Shown piece after piece: positions 57,358 through 64,000 of a DNA stretch of 64,000 bases. How positions within the stretch are numbered: position 1 is the first letter of the stretch; every line of letters begins with the position of its first letter. The stretch spans positions 848 through 64,847 of the forward strand of contig CAJTMS010000005.1 in assembly GCA_910577155.1 (NCBI GenBank), read 5' to 3'. The notes under the pieces were generated by a model. That model saw only the letters and a program-made list of their open reading frames with translations, searched no databases and was not told the DNA's origin. Position numbers and translations under genes: made by a program. Origin of the DNA: an uncultured Mailhella sp. GTDB taxonomy: Bacteria > Desulfobacterota > Desulfovibrionia > Desulfovibrionales > Desulfovibrionaceae.

Positions 57358-57861
57358 ATGGAACAAAAGCAAGAAACGCAAGATTCCGGTCTTATTGAAA
57401 AAATCGTCCATTTGAACCGGGTTGCAAAAGTTGTTAAGGGCGGTAGACGCTTTAGTTTTAGTGCCCTTGTTGTTGTTGGAGATGGAAACGGAAGTGTCGG
57501 CTTCGGACTTGGTAAAGCTCAGGAAGTGCCTGAAGCACTCCGTAAAGCTAGTGAAAGAGCTAGAAAATCCATGGTAAAAATTCCCCTTGTTGACGGAACA
57601 TTGCCATACGAAGTTTTAGGTCGTTTTGGTGCCGGTCGTGTGCTTTTGAAACCTGCATCCCGCGGTACCGGTGTTATTGCCGGCGGTGCGGTTCGTGCAG
57701 TGATGGAAGCAGTCGGAGTTACTGACGTTCTTTCTAAGGCTATTGGAACAAACAATTCCCATAATGTGCTTCGTGCAACTATGGAAGGACTCACTTCTTT
57801 ACGCAGTGCAGAACAAGTTTCTGAAGTTCGCGGCAAGAAGCTTGAAGCTCCTCGTAAATAA
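57358..57861 (+). CDS. rpsE: 30S ribosomal protein S5
   Basis: Canonical S5 ([15 protein letters not shown]). Confidence 0.97.
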   Translation: MEQKQETQDSGLIEKIVHLNRVAKVVKGGRRFSFSALVVVGDGNGSVGFGLGKAQEVPEALRKASERARKSMVKIPLVDGTLPYEVLGRFGAGRVLLKPASRGTGVIAGGAVRAVMEAVGVTDVLSKAIGTNNSHNVLRATMEGLTSLRSAEQVSEVRGKKLEAPRK

Positions 57862-57875
57862 GGGAGAAAATAGCC

Positions 57876-58052
57876 ATGTCCGAAATTAAAGTAAAACTTA
57901 TGCGCAGCCGTATCGGTCTCAAGCCTGCACAAAAGAAAGTTCTTGATGCACTTGGACTGAAACGCCGTGAAATGGTTAAAACTTTTAATGACAATGCTGC
58001 TGTCCGCGGCATGATTGAACAAGTTAAACACCTAGTTGAGGTCAGCAAATAA
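57876..58052 (+). CDS. rpmD: 50S ribosomal protein L30
   Basis: 58-aa ORF below the cutoff: [58 protein letters not shown]. In the conserved position, with a TAATG overlap with rplO. Confidence 0.9.
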   Translation: MSEIKVKLMRSRIGLKPAQKKVLDALGLKRREMVKTFNDNAAVRGMIEQVKHLVEVSK

Positions 58053-58537
58053 TGAGACTTAACGAACTTTATCCATTCGCTGAAGAACGTAAAACACGTA
58101 AACGTGTTGGTCGTGGTGACGGTTCTGGCTTTGGTCACACAGCAGGTAAAGGCCATAAAGGTCAAAATGCCCGTGCCGGTGGTGGCGTAAGAGCTGGCTT
58201 TGAAGGTGGTCAAATGCCTTTGCAGCGTCGTTTGCCAAAACGTGGCTTTAAAAACTTTGATTTTAAAGTTACTTTTGAAGTAATCAACCTCGATCGTTTA
58301 GAAGCGTCTTTTGACGGTAAAACTGAAATTACACTAGATGACATTTACAGCCGTGGTCTTTGCAGTTACGGCGCACCCGTAAAAATCTTGGGCGGCGGAA
58401 ACGTAACCAAAGCTTTGTCTGTAGAAGCTCATCGTTTTGCGAAATCTGCTAAAGCTAAAATTGAAGCAGCTGGCGGAAAAGTAAACGAATTATGTCAATG
58501 TGAATGCTGCTGCACTAAAGAAGCAGAAAAGGAATAG
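58052..58537 (+). CDS. rplO: 50S ribosomal protein L15, with a Cys-rich C-terminal extension
   Basis: Canonical L15 core ([19 protein letters not shown]). The tail [14 protein letters not shown] follows the usual ...IEAAGGK end. Confidence 0.95.
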   Translation: MRLNELYPFAEERKTRKRVGRGDGSGFGHTAGKGHKGQNARAGGGVRAGFEGGQMPLQRRLPKRGFKNFDFKVTFEVINLDRLEASFDGKTEITLDDIYSRGLCSYGAPVKILGGGNVTKALSVEAHRFAKSAKAKIEAAGGKVNELCQCECCCTKEAEKE

Positions 58538-58540
58538 CAC

Positions 58541-59851
58541 GTGGCAGGCGCAGTTGATAAATTAGCATCTTCAAGTGAATTGCGTGTAAAAATTGCATGG
58601 ACATTCTTTTTATTGGTTTGTTACCGTGTAGGTGCGCATATTCCTGTACCCGGTGTTGATACTGCTGCTCTTGCTGACTTCTTCGCTCGTTTGCAAGGTT
58701 CCGTTTTTGCCTTGTTAGATATGTTTTCCGGGGGCGGCCTGTCCAATGTGTCAGTTTTCGCCCTTGGGATTATGCCGTACATCTCAGCTTCCATTATCAT
58801 GCAGTTATTGCAGGTAATCAGCCCTGATATCAAACGTATGGCTAAAGAAGAAGGACAGGCAGGACGTCGCAAAATTACACAATATACACGTTACTTGACA
58901 GTCTTTATTACCATTATTCAAGGCTTCGGCATTGCTGCCATGCTTGAAGGTATGACAAGTCCGGGAAGTAACTTACCTGTTGTTTTAAATCCAGGATTAG
59001 AGTTTAAATTTGTTACCGTTATTACCTTGACTACTGGTACAGTGCTTATCATGTGGTTAGGGGAACAAATCACTTCCCGTGGTATTGGAAACGGTATCTC
59101 ATTAATCATCTTTTCCGGTATCGTTGTCGGTATTCCAAGTGCAATTGGTCGTGTCTATCAACTTGTCAGCGCAGGGGATATGAATATTCTCTTCCTTATC
59201 TTACTTGTTGTTGTCATGGCAGCTGTTCTTTTCGGCATTGTGTTTGTGGAACGAGCCCAGCGCAGAATTCCTATTCATTATGCCAAAAGACAATTGGGAA
59301 GAAAGGTGTATGGCGGTCAAACAACCCACTTGCCTTTAAGAATAAACACTGCCGGTGTTATTCCACCCATCTTTGCACAAAGTTTACTTTTATTCCCTGC
59401 AACTATTGGCTCTTTTTCAACAGCGCTGTGGCTGCAGGAAATAGTACGGTGGTTCCAACCATCCAGTATTATTTATAATATTTTCTTTATAGCACTTATT
59501 TTCTTCTTCTGCTATTTTTATACTGCTGTTATTTTTGATCCGAAAGATATTGCAGAAAATTTGAAAAAAGCAGGTGGTTTTGTTCCGGGTATTCGCCCCG
59601 GTGATAAGACCAGAGAATATATAGATTCAGTACTCAGTCGTCTTACATTGTGGGGCGGTGTGTACATTTCTGCTATTTCTATTCTTCCTATGTTCCTTAT
59701 TTCCAAGTTCAACGTGCCGTTTTATTTCGGCGGTACAAGCTTGCTGATTTTGGTAGGCGTTGCTATGGACTTTATGGGACAAGTTGAATCTCATATGATT
59801 TCAAAACAATATGACAGCTTAATGGAAAAGAATAGAATTAAAGGACGCTAG
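58541..59851 (+). CDS. secY: preprotein translocase subunit SecY
   Basis: Canonical SecY (FALGIMPYISASII...). GTG start. Confidence 0.96.
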   Translation: MAGAVDKLASSSELRVKIAWTFFLLVCYRVGAHIPVPGVDTAALADFFARLQGSVFALLDMFSGGGLSNVSVFALGIMPYISASIIMQLLQVISPDIKRMAKEEGQAGRRKITQYTRYLTVFITIIQGFGIAAMLEGMTSPGSNLPVVLNPGLEFKFVTVITLTTGTVLIMWLGEQITSRGIGNGISLIIFSGIVVGIPSAIGRVYQLVSAGDMNILFLILLVVVMAAVLFGIVFVERAQRRIPIHYAKRQLGRKVYGGQTTHLPLRINTAGVIPPIFAQSLLLFPATIGSFSTALWLQEIVRWFQPSSIIYNIFFIALIFFFCYFYTAVIFDPKDIAENLKKAGGFVPGIRPGDKTREYIDSVLSRLTLWGGVYISAISILPMFLISKFNVPFYFGGTSLLILVGVAMDFMGQVESHMISKQYDSLMEKNRIKGR

Positions 59852-59853
59852 GA

Positions 59854-60642
59854 ATGAAAAAGTTTCGCGGTGTATTTTTAAAAAACGAACATGAAATTGC
59901 CAAAATGCGCATTGCAAACGGTATGGTTTCATGTGTTTTAGATGCACTTGGCGAAGCTGTCAGACCCGGCATTTCAACTATGTTCCTTGAAGAAATTGCT
60001 CAGGATATTTGTCGAAAGATGAATGTTAGACCAGCCTTTCAAGGATATTGCGGATTTCCGTTTGCACTTTGCTGCTCTGTAAACGAAACAATTGTACACG
60101 GCTTTCCTTCAAAGGAGAGAATTCTTCAGGAAGGTGATATTGTCAGCTGTGATATGGGGGTTTGTTATGAGGGCTTTTACGGAGATAGTGCCCGGACTTT
60201 TTTTGTCGGGGAAGTATCTCAGGAAGCAAAAGACCTTTGCAGAGTGACAGAAGAAAGTTTGCATTGCGGAATTGCGGCTGCTAAAATCGGCAATACCTTG
60301 TTTGATATTTCTGCGGCGGTGCAGCGACATGCAGAAAAAAATGGTTTGAAAGTAATCCGTAACTATGTCGGTCATGGAATTGGAGCAAATCTTCACGAAA
60401 AACCGGAAGTTCCCAACTTTGTGCCAAAGGGAGGGTTTGATATTCCCCTGCATGAAGGAATGGTGCTTGCTATTGAGCCCATGCTTGCTGTTGGGACCTA
60501 TGAGGTCACAATACTTCCCGACAAATGGACAGCCAATACCAAAGACGGTAGTTTGGCTGCACATTTTGAACATAGTGTTGCGATTACATCAGACGGACCT
60601 GAAATTTTAAGTTTATCTTCAAATTATACAGGTACTTACTGA
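59854..60642 (+). CDS. map: type I methionine aminopeptidase
   Basis: Metal ligand context (DIVSCDMG, GDSARTF, YVGHGIG, LAIEPM, HFEHS). Confidence 0.95.
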   Translation: MKKFRGVFLKNEHEIAKMRIANGMVSCVLDALGEAVRPGISTMFLEEIAQDICRKMNVRPAFQGYCGFPFALCCSVNETIVHGFPSKERILQEGDIVSCDMGVCYEGFYGDSARTFFVGEVSQEAKDLCRVTEESLHCGIAAAKIGNTLFDISAAVQRHAEKNGLKVIRNYVGHGIGANLHEKPEVPNFVPKGGFDIPLHEGMVLAIEPMLAVGTYEVTILPDKWTANTKDGSLAAHFEHSVAITSDGPEILSLSSNYTGTY

Positions 60643-60671
60643 TAAAATATGGAAATGGCGAGGATAGCCTC

Positions 60672-60700
60672 TTGACAAGGATAAAAAAATCCTCTAATAA
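60672..60700 (+). promoter_or_regulatory. candidate internal promoter of the alpha operon
   Basis: TTGACA (60672-60677), 17 nt, TAATAA (60695-60700), 48 nt before rpmJ. Confidence 0.4.
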
Positions 60701-60748
60701 ACACAATTCCAACGCTAATGTTGAGTTTTGAATATAACGGAGAGAGCG

Positions 60749-60862
60749 ATGAAAGTTAGGCCGTCCGTAAAAAAAATATGCCCTAAGTGTAAAGTAATTA
60801 GACGTAAGGGTGTTCTTAGAGTTATCTGCGAAAACCCCAGACATAAACAACGTCAGGGCTAG
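60749..60862 (+). CDS. rpmJ: 50S ribosomal protein L36
   Basis: 37-aa ORF below the cutoff: [37 protein letters not shown], preceded by GGAGAG. Confidence 0.92.
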
Positions 60863-60879
60863 GTTGCAGGAGTAGTACT

Positions 60880-61248
60880 GTGGCAAGAATTGCAGGTGTT
60901 GATTTGCCTCGTGGCAAAAGAGCGGATATTGCGCTCACCTATATCTATGGCATTGGTCCAAAGACCTCTTTACAAATTTTTGAAGCTACCAAGATTGAAT
61001 GGAATCGTAGCATAGATGATTTGAGTGCAGATGAGGTGAACGAACTCCGTAAGGAAATTGAAACAAATTATAAGGTTGAAGGCGATCTTCGTCGTGAAGT
61101 AAGTTCTAACATCAAACGTTTAATGGATGTTGGTTGCTATCGCGGACTTCGTCACCGTCGTGGTTTGCCTGTTCATGGTCAACGCACAAAAACCAATGCA
61201 CGTACCCGTAAGGGTCCGCGTCGTGGTGCTGTGGGTAAAAAGAAGTAA
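60880..61248 (+). CDS. rpsM: 30S ribosomal protein S13
   Basis: Canonical S13 (ARIAGVDLP). GTG start. Confidence 0.97.
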   Translation: MARIAGVDLPRGKRADIALTYIYGIGPKTSLQIFEATKIEWNRSIDDLSADEVNELRKEIETNYKVEGDLRREVSSNIKRLMDVGCYRGLRHRRGLPVHGQRTKTNARTRKGPRRGAVGKKK

Positions 61249-61301
61249 GGGTATTGCCCTCTCATATTTTCTGGATACAGTAAATCCAAGGGAAGTGTAC
61301 A

Positions 61302-61691
61302 ATGGCAAGAGCCAAACGCGCAGTTAAAAAAAGAGAAAAGAAGAACGTTCCATTGGGTGTGGCCCATATTCAAGCGTCCTTCAATAATACCATTATTACC
61401 TTTACCGATACTCGTGGCAATGCTATCAGTTGGGCATCTGCCGGACAAAGCGGTTTTAAAGGTTCACGTAAATCCACTCCTTTTGCTGCTCAGGTAGCTG
61501 CAGAAACCGCAGCTAAAAAAGCACAGGATAACGGAATGCGTACAGTTGGTGTTTATGTTAAGGGTCCCGGTGCCGGTCGTGAATCTGCATTGCGTGCAAT
61601 TAACGCAGCAGGTTTCAAAGTTGCGTTCATTCGTGACGTAACACCTATTCCTCATAACGGATGTCGTCCTCCAAAACGACGCCGCGTATAA
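61302..61691 (+). CDS. rpsK: 30S ribosomal protein S11
   Basis: Canonical S11 ([15 protein letters not shown]). Confidence 0.97.
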   Translation: MARAKRAVKKREKKNVPLGVAHIQASFNNTIITFTDTRGNAISWASAGQSGFKGSRKSTPFAAQVAAETAAKKAQDNGMRTVGVYVKGPGAGRESALRAINAAGFKVAFIRDVTPIPHNGCRPPKRRRV

Positions 61692-61706
61692 TTAGGAGAT
61701 AGAACC

Positions 61707-62333
61707 GTGGCTAAATATAATGATGCAAAATGCCGTATATGCCGCCGTGAAGGTGCAAAATTATTTTTGAAAGGTGATCGCTGCTTTACTGATAAATGTT
61801 CACAAGATCGCCGTCCTTATGCACCCGGTCAACATGGTCGTGCAAGAAAGAAGCTCAGTGAATATGCACTCATGCTTCGTGAAAAGCAAAAAGTACGTCG
61901 TATGTACGGTGTATTAGAAAAACAATTCAGAGGATATTTTTATTCTTCTGATATGGCGAAAGGTGTTACCGGGGAAAACCTTCTCAAAACATTGGAACGC
62001 CGCTTAGATAACGTTGTTTACCGTATGGGATTTGCAAATTCTCGTGCACAGGCACGTCAGCTTGTTCGTCATGGTATTTTTACCTTGAACGGACACAAAG
62101 TTGATATTCCTTCTTTACAGGTTAAAGTTGGAGATGTGATTGTTGTGAACGAAAAGAACAGAACAATTCCTGTTATTGCTGATGCTCAAGGCGCAATTGC
62201 CCGTCGTGGCTGCCCGGTATGGCTTGAAGTTGACGGAGCAGCGTTCAAAGGTACTGTGAAAGCATTGCCTCAACGTGACGATATTCAAACTCCTATCAGT
62301 GAGTCCCTTATCGTCGAACTTTACTCCAAATAA
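61707..62333 (+). CDS. rpsD: 30S ribosomal protein S4
   Basis: Canonical S4 ([15 protein letters not shown]). GTG start. Confidence 0.97.
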   Translation: MAKYNDAKCRICRREGAKLFLKGDRCFTDKCSQDRRPYAPGQHGRARKKLSEYALMLREKQKVRRMYGVLEKQFRGYFYSSDMAKGVTGENLLKTLERRLDNVVYRMGFANSRAQARQLVRHGIFTLNGHKVDIPSLQVKVGDVIVVNEKNRTIPVIADAQGAIARRGCPVWLEVDGAAFKGTVKALPQRDDIQTPISESLIVELYSK

Positions 62334-62348
62334 CAGACAGGAGTTCGC

Positions 62349-63392
62349 ATGTCCACAAATCAAGCCAATAGGCTCATCAATGCTCGTAATTGGGCAGTGC
62401 TTGTTAAACCTGATCAAATTGTTCGCAATAATGAAGTTTCCGGTCCAATGTATGGAAAATTCACCTGCGAACCGCTTGAAAGAGGATATGGCACAACCAT
62501 TGGCAATGCCTTGCGCCGAGTATTGTTAGCTTCATTACAAGGTTCTGCTTTTGTGTCTGTGAAAATTGCAGGTGTGCAACATGAGTTCACCACAATTCCC
62601 GGAGTTCTTGAAGACGTTACCGATATTATTCTGAATATCAAACAAGTTCGTCTTGCAATGGATACCGATGTTCCTCAAAAATTAACCTTGAAAGTTAATA
62701 AAAAAGGTGTGGTAACTGCTGCTGATATTCAAGAAAATCAACACGTTGCTGTGTTGAACCCGGAATTGCATATTGCAACGCTCACAGAAGACATTGAATT
62801 TGACCTTGAATTAGAAGCACGTATGGGTAAGGGTTATGTACCTGCTGATATGCATGTTGGTTTAAACGAGGAAATCGGGCTTATTAAGCTTGATTCCAGT
62901 TTTTCTCCTGTACGTAAAGTTTCCTATACTATTGAACAGGCACGTGTTGGTCAAATGACTAACTATGACAAGCTGATTTTAGAAGTTTGGACAGATGGTT
63001 CTCTTACTCCTGAAGATGCAATTGCATATAGTGCTAAAATTATAAAAGAACAGATTTCTGTGTTTATCAATTTTGATGAACAAATATCTGATGAAAGTTG
63101 TCTTGGTTCATCTGAAGCGGGAGATATTAACGAAAATCTCTTTATGAGTATTGATGATCTCGAACTTTCCGTACGTGCTACAAATTGCCTGCGCGGTGCT
63201 CAAATTGCGACCGTTGGCGAACTTGTGCAGCGTTCTGAAAATGATATGCTCAAAACAAAGAATTTTGGGAAAAAATCTCTTGATGAAATTAAAGCCCTGC
63301 TTATCCGCATGGGACTTGATTTCGGTATGAAGATTGACGGTTTTGACAAAAAATACCAAGAATGGAAAAGGAAGCAACACCATGAGGCATAA
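62349..63392 (+). CDS. rpoA: DNA-directed RNA polymerase subunit alpha
   Basis: Canonical RpoA N-terminal and C-terminal domains ([29 protein letters not shown]). Confidence 0.97.
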   Translation: MSTNQANRLINARNWAVLVKPDQIVRNNEVSGPMYGKFTCEPLERGYGTTIGNALRRVLLASLQGSAFVSVKIAGVQHEFTTIPGVLEDVTDIILNIKQVRLAMDTDVPQKLTLKVNKKGVVTAADIQENQHVAVLNPELHIATLTEDIEFDLELEARMGKGYVPADMHVGLNEEIGLIKLDSSFSPVRKVSYTIEQARVGQMTNYDKLILEVWTDGSLTPEDAIAYSAKIIKEQISVFINFDEQISDESCLGSSEAGDINENLFMSIDDLELSVRATNCLRGAQIATVGELVQRSENDMLKTKNFGKKSLDEIKALLIRMGLDFGMKIDGFDKKYQEWKRKQHHEA

Positions 63393-63774
63393 CAATTCAG
63401 GTAGAAAGCTGGGAAGAAATCCTTCTCACCGCAAAGCTTTGTTTAATAACATGGCTAAAAACCTTTTGATTCATGGTCGTATTCGCACTACTGTTGCTAA
63501 AGCAAAAGATTTGCGCAGTGTAGTTGAACCATTAATTACTTTGGCTCAACGCAATGATGTTCATTCACGCCGTCTTGCTTTTCGTGTACTTGGCGATCAC
63601 CAATTAGTAAAAACACTTTTTGATGAAATTGCTCCACAATATGCAGGTATTCCTGGTGGTTACACAAGAATTATGAAACTTGCAATGCCAAGAAAAGGTG
63701 ACAGTGCTCCAATGGCTATTATCGAATTGACAAAGAATGCAAGCGATAATCAAGCTGAAAAAAGTGCTGAATAA
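63382..63774 (+). CDS. rplQ: 50S ribosomal protein L17
   Basis: [20 protein letters not shown]... I trimmed the start from the ORF-track value of 63334. It overlaps the rpoA end by 11 nt. Confidence 0.95.
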   Translation: MRHNNSGRKLGRNPSHRKALFNNMAKNLLIHGRIRTTVAKAKDLRSVVEPLITLAQRNDVHSRRLAFRVLGDHQLVKTLFDEIAPQYAGIPGGYTRIMKLAMPRKGDSAPMAIIELTKNASDNQAEKSAE

Positions 63775-63798
63775 GACTTAAGTATAAACTTGCAAAAA

Positions 63799-63829
63799 AG
63801 CCCTTGAATTGTTCGAGGGCTTTTTTTTG
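63799..63829 (+). terminator. intrinsic terminator after rplQ
   Basis: Stem CCCTTGAA/TTCGAGGG (one G-T pair), loop TTG, followed by T8. Confidence 0.75.
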
Positions 63830-64000
63830 TTAAAAAATTTGCTTTTATTGTGGAAATTTCCAGTTTAATTTTTCATGGAACTTTTCTGAAAATGGAGAGA
63901 ATTGATTTTTTTAATGGAATTACTCTCCCAAACCTTTACACGCAAAATAGTTCCGGACAGTCTTAGAGCAATTCCTGTTAACATCAAGAAATATTAATTC

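Noticed and set aside
49822-58213. Long antisense ORFs lie inside the ribosomal protein genes (for example 49822-50328, 54395-54880, 55407-55880, 57519-58031 and 57791-58213). Similar shadow ORFs occur elsewhere (4889-5380, 11557-12227, 13681-14103 and 32897-33334).
   Set aside because: Each lies entirely within, and opposite to or out of frame with, a confidently identified conserved gene. These are typical shadow ORFs.
63830-64000. A possible gene at the right edge. The plus-strand ATG at 63892 gives only a short peptide. A minus-strand frame reads ...ELIFLDVNRNCSKTVRNYFACKGLGE-stop.
   Set aside because: The sequence is too short to assess and could be the 3' end of a minus-strand gene that lies outside the window. 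I did not report it.

Overview
This 64-kb chromosomal window is tightly packed and consists almost entirely of housekeeping genes. I saw no rRNA, tRNA, CRISPR array, transposase, integrase or phage gene; this was a by-eye check of the intergenic regions only. The host looks like a low-GC relative of Desulfovibrio-type bacteria. That is an inference from the CxxxY-type CcmE and the ccmE-F-A-B-C-D gene order, and I cannot verify it here.

Positions 1-49 kb carry central metabolism and CoA synthesis (eno, coaX, coaBC, coaD, fbp, glmU), trkH, and a complete System-I cytochrome c maturation operon. They also carry tRNA and rRNA modification genes (queA, tsaD, miaA, tadA, rsmD, gluQ, a TrmN6-like methyltransferase), RNA turnover genes (RNase J, a beta-CASP nuclease) and envelope genes (a lolA fragment, bamD, pgsA, an ftsB-like gene). 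The remaining genes are trxAB, cheW, a PilZ protein, an EndoQ-like nuclease, an NFACT/RqcH-like protein, a stand-alone trpB and hemW. Positions 49.4-63.8 kb are the canonical S10-spc-alpha ribosomal protein cluster (rpsJ to rplQ, with secY, map and rpoA).

I found no obvious new multi-gene defence or mobile system. The signals most worth a second look are:
- An unannotated leader peptide (MNTQKIQHTYISWWWLVR) with three tandem Trp codons, followed by an intrinsic terminator and alternative pairings. This is a trpL-type attenuator and sits in front of the orphan trpB.
- A creD-like gene that is split by a frameshift and bracketed by inverted repeats.
- A short repeat family sharing a GGAAATGA core, with an approximately 80-nt element present in two convergent intergenic regions.
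- A 660-nt non-coding, hairpin-dense spacer replacing the usual fusA/tuf genes upstream of rpsJ.
- Several protein-level oddities: a Cys-rich tail on L15, a large insertion in HemW, an altered motif in the NFACT protein, and a degenerate methyltransferase.

Many ORF-track starts are over-extended, and I trimmed them using Shine-Dalgarno (SD) sequences and homology.
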